The position numbers and the translations under genes are program-made. Positions 55,494-64,000 of a DNA stretch of 64,000 nucleotides are shown piece by piece. The notes beneath the pieces were generated by a model. It saw only the letters and a program-made list of their open reading frames with translations. It made no database searches and was not told where the DNA came from. The stretch comes from an uncultured delta proteobacterium. GTDB taxonomy: Bacteria > Desulfobacterota > Desulfobaccia > Desulfobaccales > 0-14-0-80-60-11. The stretch lies in the NCBI GenBank assembly GCA_963739295.1, contig CAVTZS010000014.1, positions 68,878 to 132,877 of the forward strand, given 5' to 3'. The stretch's first letter is position 1. Every line of letters begins with the position of its first letter.

Positions 55494-57563
55494 GTGAATC
55501 TCGCCATCAGTCCGGGACGCAGTTTTCCCCTGGGGGCCACCGTCTCCCCTGACGGCGTTAACTTCAGCGTCTTCAGCAAGGGCGCCACTGGGGTGGAATT
55601 GCTCCTGTTCAAGGCGGTGGACTCGCCCCAGCCAGAACGGGTGATTGTCCTCGATCCTCGCCAACACCGGACCTATCTTTACTGGCACGTGTTCGTCCCC
55701 GACCTCAAAGCAGGCCAGATCTATGGATACCGGGCTGTGGGGCCATGGGCACCCGAGAGAGGGGCCAGATTTGATCCAGGTAAGGTGTTGCTCGACCCTT
55801 ACGGCCGGGCAGTGGCGATTCCTCCACTTTACCACCGGGACCTTGCCAGTAGGCCAGGCGATAATACCGCCACGGCAATGAAGAGCGTGGTGGCCGACTT
55901 AAGCAGCTATGACTGGGAGGGGGACGCGCCGCTGAAGCGTCCTTTTGCGCAAACCATTATTTATGAACTCCACGTCGGAGGCTTCACCAAGCATCCGAGT
56001 GCGGGAGTCACCCCGGAGAAACGAGGCACCTATGCCGGCCTCATCGAAAAGATACCCTACCTAAAGGACCTGGGGGTCACTGCCGTGGAGCTGCTCCCGG
56101 TCTTTCAATTCGACGCACAGGACTGCCCTCCGGGTCTGGTTAATTATTGGGGTTACTGCCCCGTGTCTTTTTTTGCACCGCACCAGGGATTCAGTTCCAG
56201 GCAAGACCCCTTAAGCGTCTTAGACGAATTCCGAGATCTGGTAAAGGCCCTGCATCGGGCCGGCATCGAGGTGATTTTGGACGTGGTTTTCAATCACACG
56301 GCCGAGGGCAACCATGCAGGACCCACCTTCTGTTTCCGAGGGTTGGCCAATGAAGTGTATTACATGCTGGAGCAAAGCCCTGCCCTCTACGCCAATTACA
56401 CTGGTTGCGGCAACACCCTGAACGCCAACCAGTCCGTGGTTCGCCGTTTAATCGTCGACAGCCTCCGTTACTGGGTTGAAGAAATGCATGTGGATGGCTT
56501 CCGGTTTGACCTGGCGTCCATACTGTCCCGGGATGAAACGGGGTGTCCCCTGGAAAATGCCCCAGTCCTGTGGGATATCGAATCGGATCCGGGGCTGGCG
56601 GGGACCAAGCTGATCGCCGAGGCCTGGGATGCGGCCGGACTTTACCAGGTAGGGAGCTTCATCGGTGACAGTTGGAAGGAATGGAACGGTGAATTCCGGG
56701 ATCAGGTACGCAGCTTTCTCAAGGGCGACAAGGGCATGGTTGCCAAAGTGGCCTACCGCTTAATGGGAAGCCCGGATATTTACGGCCACAAGGAGCGGGA
56801 GCCGGAACAGAGCATTAATTTCGTGACTTGTCACGACGGCTTTACCTTAAATGACCTGGTGTCTTATAACTACAAGCAAAACGAGGCCAACGCCGAAAAC
56901 AACCGGGACGGGACAGATGACAATCTGAGCTGGAATTGTGGGGCAGAGGGACCTACCGATAATCTAGAAATCGAACGACTCCGCACCCGTCAGGTTAAAA
57001 ACTTTTTCACTCTCACCCTATTGGCCATCGGCACCCCTATGTTGCTCATGGGGGATGAGGTGCGGCGCACGCAGCAGGGCAACAACAACGCCTATTGCCA
57101 GAATAACGAGATCAGCTGGTTTGACTGGAGGCTCCTCAAGAAACACGGGGATATCCATCGGTTCGTGCAGCACCTTATCGCTTATCGCTTGAACCGAGAC
57201 TTATCGCGGGAGGAACACAATTTTACTCTCAATCAGCTACTGGCGTATCAGAAGATCGACTGGCATGGGGTGAGATTGGGCCAACCAGACTGGAGTCATG
57301 ATTCGCGCAGTCTGGCCTTTACCGTTCCCAGTTTGAAGGGGAGATTTCTTTTCCACGTCATGTTGAACGCCTATTGGGAGGCGCTGGAGTTCGAGTTGCC
57401 TCCGCCGGCGAAGGGACCGGATTACCGCTGGCGCCGCTTGCTGGATACGTTTCTCGATTCACCCTACGACATCTGTGCGGTAGAAAAAGCCCCGGCGGTT
57501 TCGACTTTAACTTATCTGGTCCAGCCCCGGTCGGTGGTCTTGCTGTTTTCTCCCGTCTCCTGA
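55494..57563 (+). CDS. glgX: Glycogen debranching enzyme (isoamylase-type GH13)
   Basis: 689 aa with a GTG start. Contains DVVFNHT, GFRFDLAS, IAEAWDAAG and FVTCHDGFTLND. Confidence 0.9.
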   Translation: MNLAISPGRSFPLGATVSPDGVNFSVFSKGATGVELLLFKAVDSPQPERVIVLDPRQHRTYLYWHVFVPDLKAGQIYGYRAVGPWAPERGARFDPGKVLLDPYGRAVAIPPLYHRDLASRPGDNTATAMKSVVADLSSYDWEGDAPLKRPFAQTIIYELHVGGFTKHPSAGVTPEKRGTYAGLIEKIPYLKDLGVTAVELLPVFQFDAQDCPPGLVNYWGYCPVSFFAPHQGFSSRQDPLSVLDEFRDLVKALHRAGIEVILDVVFNHTAEGNHAGPTFCFRGLANEVYYMLEQSPALYANYTGCGNTLNANQSVVRRLIVDSLRYWVEEMHVDGFRFDLASILSRDETGCPLENAPVLWDIESDPGLAGTKLIAEAWDAAGLYQVGSFIGDSWKEWNGEFRDQVRSFLKGDKGMVAKVAYRLMGSPDIYGHKEREPEQSINFVTCHDGFTLNDLVSYNYKQNEANAENNRDGTDDNLSWNCGAEGPTDNLEIERLRTRQVKNFFTLTLLAIGTPMLLMGDEVRRTQQGNNNAYCQNNEISWFDWRLLKKHGDIHRFVQHLIAYRLNRDLSREEHNFTLNQLLAYQKIDWHGVRLGQPDWSHDSRSLAFTVPSLKGRFLFHVMLNAYWEALEFELPPPAKGPDYRWRRLLDTFLDSPYDICAVEKAPAVSTLTYLVQPRSVVLLFSPVS

Positions 57564-57682
57564 CCTGGCTCTGGCAAAAGCTATCCTGGCCGAGCGGGTG
57601 AAGCAGGCGGTGAGCAACTTGCGGGGAACGGGAACGACCCTTTTCCAGACCTGGTCGCTTACCCGCCAGAGAGGTTGCCCAA

Positions 57683-58972
57683 ATGGCAGAAATTGACCTG
57701 AATTTTGTGGTTGCAAAGTTGGGTGAAGGTAATGTCACCTCACCCCTCACCGGGGTGCGCTTTGTCACCGATGACGAGCACGTGCTCTACCACTCCGACT
57801 TGAAAGGGATCAAGAGCTATCTTGACGCGGGGAAAGAGCCTCCCCGCCTGGAGAAGGCCGGGCCCCGGGAGAGAATCTACTTCGACCCCAAGAAGCTGAA
57901 GTGCGGCATCGTCACATGCGGGGGCCTGTGCCCGGGGCTAAACGACGTCATCCGGGCTATCACCTTGACTCTGGTCCATCGGTACGGAGTGAAGAAAGTG
58001 TTAGGCTTTCGTTACGGCTACGAGGGCCTCAGCCCAAAGTACAGCCATACTCCCATGGAGCTGACGCCGGAATCGGTGAGCATCATTCATGAAATGGGGG
58101 GCACCATTCTGGGGTCCTCCCGAGGCCCTCAGGATATCGGCGAGATGGTGGACACCTTGGACCATCTCAATATCGGCATCTTGTTTGCCATCGGGGGTGA
58201 CGGGACACTCAGGGGCGCACAGGCCATTGCTCGGGAAATCCACCGGAGCAACTTAAAGATTGGGGTGATAGGCATCCCCAAGACCATAGATAATGACATT
58301 TCTTTCATCCAGCAATCCTTCGGCTTCGACACTGCTGGTTCCGAAGCCCGCCGGGCCATTTTTGCGGCTCACAGCGAAGCGGTGGGGTCCAGGAACGGCA
58401 TTGGCCTGGTGAAGTTGATGGGTCGTGACTCCGGCTTTATTGCGGCTTATGCAACCTTAGCCAACAGCCAGGTGAATTTCTGCTTGGTGCCCGAAGTGCC
58501 TTTTACCCTGGAGGCCCTTCTGGCCGCCCTGAAAGCAAGGCTGGAGAAGAGTGGGCATGCCGTCATCGTGGCGGCTGAAGGGGCCGGACAGGAATCAATG
58601 GAAAAAACGGCCCAGCGAGATGCCTCCGGGAATGTGCGCTTCAGTGACATCGGCATCTTTCTCAAAGATCAGATCGCGGAATACTTCCGCCAACTCGGGC
58701 AAAAGGTGGAGTTAAAGTACATTGATCCCAGTTATACCATTCGAAGCCTGCCGGCCAATGCCCGGGATTCGGCCTTCTGCCTCCTCTTGGGGCAAAATGC
58801 GGTGCATGCCGGCATGGCCGGGAAGACCGACATGGTGGTAGGCTTCTGGAACCAACAGTTTGTCCATCTACCCATTGCCCTGGCCGTTTCCCAACGCAAA
58901 AAGATTGATCCCGAGGGGTGGATTTGGAGCAGCGTCCTGGCTACCACCGGCCAGCCGAAGAATTTACGGTGA
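57683..58972 (+). CDS. pfk: 6-phosphofructokinase, long (plant-like/group III) PfkA family
   Basis: 429 aa. Contains CGGLCPGLND, GGDGT (58193-58204) and IPKTIDND (58274-58297). Confidence 0.9.
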   Translation: MAEIDLNFVVAKLGEGNVTSPLTGVRFVTDDEHVLYHSDLKGIKSYLDAGKEPPRLEKAGPRERIYFDPKKLKCGIVTCGGLCPGLNDVIRAITLTLVHRYGVKKVLGFRYGYEGLSPKYSHTPMELTPESVSIIHEMGGTILGSSRGPQDIGEMVDTLDHLNIGILFAIGGDGTLRGAQAIAREIHRSNLKIGVIGIPKTIDNDISFIQQSFGFDTAGSEARRAIFAAHSEAVGSRNGIGLVKLMGRDSGFIAAYATLANSQVNFCLVPEVPFTLEALLAALKARLEKSGHAVIVAAEGAGQESMEKTAQRDASGNVRFSDIGIFLKDQIAEYFRQLGQKVELKYIDPSYTIRSLPANARDSAFCLLLGQNAVHAGMAGKTDMVVGFWNQQFVHLPIALAVSQRKKIDPEGWIWSSVLATTGQPKNLR

Positions 58973-58987
58973 TCAGAGGAGCGGAAT

Positions 58988-60412
58988 ATGCCACTGCCGA
59001 CCCATAAAACCAAGATCGTCGCTACCATCGGCCCGGCCTGTGAATCTCCCGAAGTGCTGAGGGAGATGATCCAGGCTGGCATGAACGTGGCCCGGCTCAA
59101 TTTTTCCCATGGCGATTTCGCCACTCACCGGCGTCTCATTGAGAAGTTGCGGGCGGCGGCCGGGGCGGCGGGGCGGCGGGTGGCCATCCTGGCTGATCTC
59201 CCCGGCCCCAAAATGCGCCTTGGCCAGATCGGCGGTGAGCCCATCGAGTTGAAACCGGGGGATGTTTTTACTCTGACTACAGAGGGGATCACGGGCGACG
59301 AACACCGCGCCTCGGTGACATTCACCCGCTTGCCGGAGGTAGTGAAGCCCAAGGACACCCTATTTTTAAATGACGGCCTCATTCAGCTAGAAGTTACCGA
59401 TATTCAAGGAAATAACGTGACTTGCCGGGTGATCGTGGGAGGCGAACTGCGCTCCAAGAAAGGCCTCAACCTGCCCGGGATTGAATTGGGTATCAGCGCG
59501 TTCACCGACCATGACCGTGAGTGCTTGAAGTTTGCTCTGGAGCACGGAGTGGACGCGGTCAGCCAGTCCTTTGTGGAATCGGCAGAGGACATCGCGGCCG
59601 TGCGGCAGACCGCCCAGGCCCTCGGCCACCAGCCCTTCATCATCGCCAAGATCGAGCGGGCCAATGCCCTTAAGTACCTGGACAGTATCCTCGAGGCGGC
59701 GGACGGCATTATGGTTGCCCGGGGGGATCTGGGGGTGGAAATCCCCATCGAGCAAATCGCCGGGGTGCAAAAGCAACTGGTGCGCCAGGCGAACCTGCTG
59801 GGGAAACCGGTGATCACGGCCACCCAGATGTTGGAGTCCATGGTGGCCAACCGCCGGCCCACTCGGGCGGAGGCCACCGATGTAGCCAACGCCATTCTGG
59901 ATGGCACCGACTGCGTCATGCTTTCAGAAGAGTCGGCCATGGGCCAATACCCGGTGGAAGCGGTGGCCATGCTGGCCAAGATCGCCGCCGCCATCGAACC
60001 TTATCGGCCCGGCCAGGGGGTGAGAAAGATTCTCCGCACTTCCGGGATGGGTAGCCAAGTCGGGTTCACGGATCTTATCACCTTGAGCGTGGATGCGACG
60101 CTGGAAAAGATGGTCCCAGCCGCGGTATTCGTGCCCACCCGCAGCGGGGCCACGGTCCGGAGCCTCGCCCGTTTCCGGCTGCCGGTGTGGATCGTGGCGG
60201 TGAGCTCCCAGGAGGCCACCTGCCAGCAACTCCTCCTGACCTACGGCGTCCAGCCCGTCCACGAACTGAACCACCCGGAGGACTGGAAAACCTATGTACG
60301 CCGCTATTTGCAAGCCAATGAGATGACTGGCGACTTTGTGGTGCTGACCGAAGGCCCTTCCTCCAAGCATCCCGAGGCCAACAACCGCATGGAACTCATT
60401 AACCTGAGATAG
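58988..60412 (+). CDS. pyk: Pyruvate kinase
   Basis: 474 aa. Contains [27 protein letters not shown] and MLSEESA. Confidence 0.95.
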   Translation: MPLPTHKTKIVATIGPACESPEVLREMIQAGMNVARLNFSHGDFATHRRLIEKLRAAAGAAGRRVAILADLPGPKMRLGQIGGEPIELKPGDVFTLTTEGITGDEHRASVTFTRLPEVVKPKDTLFLNDGLIQLEVTDIQGNNVTCRVIVGGELRSKKGLNLPGIELGISAFTDHDRECLKFALEHGVDAVSQSFVESAEDIAAVRQTAQALGHQPFIIAKIERANALKYLDSILEAADGIMVARGDLGVEIPIEQIAGVQKQLVRQANLLGKPVITATQMLESMVANRRPTRAEATDVANAILDGTDCVMLSEESAMGQYPVEAVAMLAKIAAAIEPYRPGQGVRKILRTSGMGSQVGFTDLITLSVDATLEKMVPAAVFVPTRSGATVRSLARFRLPVWIVAVSSQEATCQQLLLTYGVQPVHELNHPEDWKTYVRRYLQANEMTGDFVVLTEGPSSKHPEANNRMELINLR

Positions 60413-60479
60413 ATGGAGGGGGGAGGCAGGGATTTGCCTCTCCTGGGTCGTCTCCTGTTACAAGAGAGAAGAAGGTGCC

Positions 60480-61229
60480 ATGAAAAAAATCGTTTTGCTC
60501 CGCCACGGCGAGAGCGTCTGGAACCAGGAGAACCGCTTCACCGGCTGGATCGACGTTGGCCTATCGGAAAAGGGCATGGCGGAGGCGCGAGAGGCAGGGC
60601 AGGTTTTGTCCAAAGAAGGTTTTGTCTTCGATGTGGCCTACACCTCTGTCCTCAAGCGGGCCATCAAAACCCTGTGGCTGGCGTTGGAGGAGATGGACCT
60701 GATGTGGCTCCCGGTATACCACAGCTGGCGCTTGAATGAGCGGCATTACGGGGCCCTGCAAGGGCTCAACAAGACCGAGATGGTGGAGAAGCACGGCATG
60801 GAGCAAGTGAAGATCTGGCGGCGGAGCTACGACGTGCCGCCGCCTGCACTCACGCCCGACAGTCCATATTACCCGGTACGGGACCCACGCTACTCCCAGG
60901 TTCTGCCCGGGGAACTCCCCTTGACCGAATGCCTGAAAGACGTGGTGGCCCGGTTCCTCCCTTACTGGCACCAAACCATAGCCCCGGCAGTGCAAAGCGG
61001 TCAGAGGGTGATGATCGCCGCCCACGGCAACAGTCTCCGGGCCCTGGTGAAGTATCTTGACAACGTGCCGGAAGGCGAGATTGTGGACCTGAACATTCCC
61101 ACCGGAATTCCCCTGGTCTATGAACTGGGAGAGGATCTTAAGCCCCTCCGCCATTACTATCTGGGAGATCCGGACAAGGTCCAGGCGGCTATCCAGTCGG
61201 TGCAGGATCAATTAAAGAAAAAGACCTAA
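60480..61229 (+). CDS. gpmA: 2,3-bisphosphoglycerate-dependent phosphoglycerate mutase
   Basis: [27 protein letters not shown] and [10 protein letters not shown]. Confidence 0.95.
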   Translation: MKKIVLLRHGESVWNQENRFTGWIDVGLSEKGMAEAREAGQVLSKEGFVFDVAYTSVLKRAIKTLWLALEEMDLMWLPVYHSWRLNERHYGALQGLNKTEMVEKHGMEQVKIWRRSYDVPPPALTPDSPYYPVRDPRYSQVLPGELPLTECLKDVVARFLPYWHQTIAPAVQSGQRVMIAAHGNSLRALVKYLDNVPEGEIVDLNIPTGIPLVYELGEDLKPLRHYYLGDPDKVQAAIQSVQDQLKKKT

Positions 61230-61376
61230 CTTCAAACCCAGGGAAAAATATCAGCCGCTCCGCTAGCCTGGTGCTTTCTCATTGGAGGGCAAGATGACAA
61301 AGCAAATCCTCAACGAATTCTTCCAGCCTGGGGCCATGGCCATGGTGGGGGCCAGTCCCACAGGTAGGAATAATCT

Positions 61377-61820
61377 ATGAAAATCTTGACCACTCCTCGC
61401 CTGGAACGGTGCATCGGTTGCCACTCCTGCTCCTTGGCTTGCGCCCGTCTGGTGCACCAGTGCCTGTCCTGGGACATGGCGGGCATCCGGATCGCCTCCT
61501 CCGGGGGGCTCTCCACCGGGTTTGAGGCCAGGAACTGCCTGGCCTGCAACCCCGCTCCCTGCGCCGTCGTCTGCCCTACCGGTGCCTTCTCCCAGCGCCT
61601 GGGCGGGGGGGTGATTGTGCGCCGTAAGCTGTGCATTCGCTGCGGCGAGTGCGCCCCGGCCTGCCCGGTAGACGCCATTTATCTGGATGTCACCGGCGAG
61701 CCCTTCGTCTGCCTACACTGCGGCATTTGTGTCCCCTTTTGCCCGCATGACTGCCTGGAGATGAAAGAAGTGGATGGCACAACGCTGGAGAAGGCGGAAA
61801 CCCAGGAGGGGGTCGGATGA
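61377..61820 (+). CDS. Four-cluster [4Fe-4S] ferredoxin-like electron-transfer subunit
   Basis: 147 aa with four Cys motifs: CIGCHSCSLAC, CLACNPAPCAVVCP, CIRCGECAPACP, CLHCGICVPFCP. Its stop overlaps the AOR start by 4 nt. Confidence 0.8.
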   Translation: MKILTTPRLERCIGCHSCSLACARLVHQCLSWDMAGIRIASSGGLSTGFEARNCLACNPAPCAVVCPTGAFSQRLGGGVIVRRKLCIRCGECAPACPVDAIYLDVTGEPFVCLHCGICVPFCPHDCLEMKEVDGTTLEKAETQEGVG

Positions 61821-63565
61821 TCCGGGACTATTTCCGGGTGCTTGTGGTAGACCTGTCTCTCGGCAAGGGCAAGGTGGAAAGCGTTGCGGGCAGGGAGGCG
61901 GTGGCGGGCGGCAGCGGCCTCGCAGCACTCCTCTTTGGCAAGTATGGGAAGCCCGACCGACTCTGGGATGATCCGGAGCAGCCACTGATACTGGCAATCG
62001 GGGCGCTGACGGGCTACTTCCCCCTGATGAGCAAGACGGTGGCGGCCTTTAAATCTCCTTATCACGACCAGTATGCCGAGAGCCATGCCGGGGGGCGCTC
62101 GGCCTTCGCCCTTAAGTTTGCGGACCTGGATGGCCTGGTGATCACCGGCCAGGCGGCCCGGCCCTCCGTCTTGATGGTGGGCTCACGCACCCTGGAGCTG
62201 AAAGAGGCTCATTATCTGTGGGGTCTCGATGTCCAGGAGAGCGGCAAGCTTTTGCGCCGCATGTTCAAAGGGTCGGGCCACCGTAGCATTCTCAGAATTG
62301 GCCCGGCGGGGGAACGGGGTAGCGCCATGGCAGGCATCAACGTGGACACCTACCGCCATTTCGGGAGGATGGGCGGCGGCAGCGTCATGGGGGCCAAGAA
62401 CCTCAAGGCCATCGTCATCATCGGGGATGGAAGTTTTCCTCTCATGGAAGGGAAAGACTACCCCAAGCTCTTTGAGGCGGTCCATCAGAAGCTTACCGCC
62501 ACCGACATGATGCAAAAGTACCATAACCTGGGCACCCCGGTGAACGTGGCGGTCTTAAATGAATTAAAGGCCCTCCCCTGGCGCAACCTTCAGGCCACCC
62601 AGGACCCTAACGTGCAAGGTATCACCGGTGAGCGCTTCGCCGAGGCGGCCCTCCTCAGGAACGCGGCCTGCGCCGGCTGCCCGGTGGGGTGCATCCACAT
62701 CGGCTTTGTGCGGGAAAAGTTCCAGACGGACTACCGGTATTTCTACCGGCAGGTGTCTTACGACCACGAGCCCATCTTTGCCACCGGCTCCATGCTGGGG
62801 GTGACCGACTGTTTCGCAGTCCTGGACCTCATCGACGTCATCGAACAGATGGGCCTGGACGTCATGAGCGCCGGGGTGGCCCTGGCCTGGGCCACGGAGG
62901 CCCTGGAGAAGGGCATCATCACGGAGAATGAGACGCTCCTCCCCCTCAAGTTTGGTGACCACCAGACCTACCAGGAGGCGGCCCGCCACCTGGCCTACGG
63001 GGTCAATGACTTCTACCAGCTGCTGGGGCAGGGCACTCTCAAGGCGGCGACTCATTACGGAGGTGCGGACTTCGCCTGCGTCCTGGGCCAGGAGATGGGG
63101 GGGTACGCCACCGGCGAGGTCTTTTTCGTCTCCCAGGCCCTGGGCCTGCGACACTCACACCTTGATTCTGCCGGCTACTCTTATGATCAGAAACATGACG
63201 ACAAGGATGTGGGGAAGGCCGTGGACTTTCTGGTGGAGGAGGAAGCCGGCCGGGCCTTTCTCACCTCCATGGTGGCCTGCCTGTTTGCCCGAGGGGTTTA
63301 TACTGAAGAGTTGCTGGCGGAATGTCTGAAAGTGGTGGGATATGGCGGCCTGGCGGAGAATCTGATGGCCATGGCGAGTCACATCCAGAAACTGCGCTGG
63401 CAGACCCGCCTGGCCACGGGCTTCGACCCCCGAAGCGTCACCATCCCCAGACGCTTCACGGAGGTCTCCACCTGGAAAGGCAAGGTTGACGGAGAATTCC
63501 TCACGGCTCTGAAAGACGCCTACGCCCGGCGCATCCTGGAACTCGTCCGCTCAAGCGATAATTAA
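61817..63565 (+). CDS. Aldehyde:ferredoxin oxidoreductase (AOR) family tungsto/molybdopterin enzyme
   Basis: 582 aa. Has an AOR N-terminal domain (VDLSLGK..GGSGLAALL) and CAGCPVGC (Cys285-x2-Cys288-x3-Cys292 at 62669-62692), plus a later Cys in MVACLF, as for the AOR-family [4Fe-4S] site. Confidence 0.85.
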   Translation: MIRDYFRVLVVDLSLGKGKVESVAGREAVAGGSGLAALLFGKYGKPDRLWDDPEQPLILAIGALTGYFPLMSKTVAAFKSPYHDQYAESHAGGRSAFALKFADLDGLVITGQAARPSVLMVGSRTLELKEAHYLWGLDVQESGKLLRRMFKGSGHRSILRIGPAGERGSAMAGINVDTYRHFGRMGGGSVMGAKNLKAIVIIGDGSFPLMEGKDYPKLFEAVHQKLTATDMMQKYHNLGTPVNVAVLNELKALPWRNLQATQDPNVQGITGERFAEAALLRNAACAGCPVGCIHIGFVREKFQTDYRYFYRQVSYDHEPIFATGSMLGVTDCFAVLDLIDVIEQMGLDVMSAGVALAWATEALEKGIITENETLLPLKFGDHQTYQEAARHLAYGVNDFYQLLGQGTLKAATHYGGADFACVLGQEMGGYATGEVFFVSQALGLRHSHLDSAGYSYDQKHDDKDVGKAVDFLVEEEAGRAFLTSMVACLFARGVYTEELLAECLKVVGYGGLAENLMAMASHIQKLRWQTRLATGFDPRSVTIPRRFTEVSTWKGKVDGEFLTALKDAYARRILELVRSSDN

Positions 63566-63620
63566 TGAAAGGAGATCGGAGAGCATGCCTACTTCATCGT
63601 TGAGAGGAGAGGACGAGACG

Positions 63621-63732
63621 ATGAAGCGGTTATTGGGAGTCGATCTACATCGACTGTTTTACGGTCTGCACCTTAGGGGTAGATGGCCAGAGTGAGCTAC
63701 GGAAATGGTCGATTCACTCATTGGGCGATTTT
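63621..63732 (+). mobile_element. Possible 5' remnant of an IS110-family transposase gene (low confidence)
   Basis: MKRLLGVDLH, then after a +1 shift at ~63651, DCFTVCTLGVDGQSELRKW. This resembles the IS110 N-terminal pattern GxDxHxxxFTVCxLxxDG. It could instead be further-decayed kinase sequence. Confidence 0.3.
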
Positions 63733-63870
63733 GGCCGGGGGCTCTATATCTGTAAGACCCTGGTGGAGGCCGATCAGGGGCGTATCTGGGTGGAGAGCGA
63801 ACTGGGCCAGGGATATAAATTTCACCTGATCTTCCCCGCAGCCTCCGCTCCCACTTCAATAGAAAGTTAA
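63733..63870 (+). pseudogene. Orphan 3' fragment of a histidine kinase gene (direct repeat copy 2, coding part)
   Basis: Encodes GRGLYICKTLVEADQGRIWVESELGQGYKFHLIFPAASAPTSIES*, against GLGLYICKTLVEANQGRIWVESELGQGCKFHLIFPAASAPGSIEG* at 42906-43043. No upstream kinase body is present. Confidence 0.8.
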
Positions 63871-63945
63871 GCATGAGGCAGGTGGTGGCCCACCAATTTC
63901 CGGCTAAGCCTTTCTAACCCTAGCGTCATTAATTTATGCGCACCA
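63733..63945 (+). repeat. Direct repeat copy 2 (kinase 3' end plus downstream)
   Basis: Offset is exactly 20827 nt from copy 1 over the coding part. Downstream similarity (gcaggtggtggcc, taagcctttc, cattaatttat) fades but is still detectable at the window end. Confidence 0.85.
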
Positions 63946-64000
63946 TATCGCAACTTCACCCAAATTACATATAGTGGCAAGCAATCGATATTCTTGAATA

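Noticed and set aside
205-63154. Many long ORFs antisense to or overlapping recognised genes (e.g. 205..687-, 1857..2603-, 2902..3759-, 8666..9433-, 23163..24170-, 25944..26861-, 33532..34476-, 36562..37617-, 42078..42998-, 60561..61211-, 62564..63154-)
   Set aside because: Their translations are Gly/Pro/Arg/Ala-rich and low in complexity, with no recognisable motifs. They lie opposite genes with strong family signatures. These are typical stop-codon-poor shadow frames of GC-rich DNA.
43044-63732. Integrase, recombinase or conjugation genes that would prove an integrative element
   Set aside because: I found none in any frame of the bracketed block. The only mobile-element traces are the ImmA/IrrE pseudogene and a doubtful IS110-like stub. 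The island interpretation therefore stays a hypothesis.

Overview
This is a visibly GC-rich bacterial chromosomal window (GC not computed) with about 55 credible protein genes. I recognised no rRNA, tRNA or CRISPR array by eye.

**0-43 kb: housekeeping and metabolism.**
- UPF0280-like protein, icd, plsY, a MoeA-PBP fusion, and a LysR regulator with an FlK-like thioesterase.
- A divergent PurD-like ATP-grasp protein, a stand-alone IMP-cyclohydrolase domain, and DUF1015 with a REC-only regulator.
- speH-corC-lnt-era, then a membrane histidine kinase convergent with a protoglobin/PsiE-like fusion.
- A TolC-MFP-RND efflux operon, ridA, a purine nucleoside phosphorylase, DUF134, purM, panCD, metK-ahcY, a phosphohexomutase, an M50 protease and a large sensor kinase.
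- Almost every intergenic gap here holds a mosaic family of G-rich nested-palindrome elements. These are BIME/REP-like, with compensatory stem changes and G-quadruplex-type G-runs. I found none of them in the last ~25 kb.

**43.0-45.3 kb: AT-rich gene graveyard.**
- A multiply frameshifted HTH-ImmA/IrrE peptidase gene, a DUF4145-like ORF, and a tilS 5' stub.
- The tilS stub is cut exactly at a second, different palindrome family (gttcccaag-N5-cttgggaac).

**45.3-63.6 kb: efflux and carbon metabolism.**
- A second RND efflux operon.
- A co-directional glycogen-to-pyruvate cluster (fba, glgP, glgX, pfk, pyk, gpmA) that ends in a four-cluster ferredoxin plus an AOR-family oxidoreductase. It contains no gap or pgk.

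**Other structure.**
- The 20.8 kb from the sensor-kinase stop to 63.7 kb is bracketed by diverged direct repeats of that kinase's 3' end.
- Rubrerythrin and hyuB each carry a single-base frameshift.

**Best hypotheses, all unproven.**
1. The cluster is a ferredoxin-linked glycolytic module that uses the AOR-family enzyme.
2. The repeat-bracketed, remnant-bordered 20.8-kb segment is an acquired or rearranged block.
3. The mosaic G-rich elements are structured, selected elements.

All family assignments rest on motif recognition from reading the translations. No database search was run.
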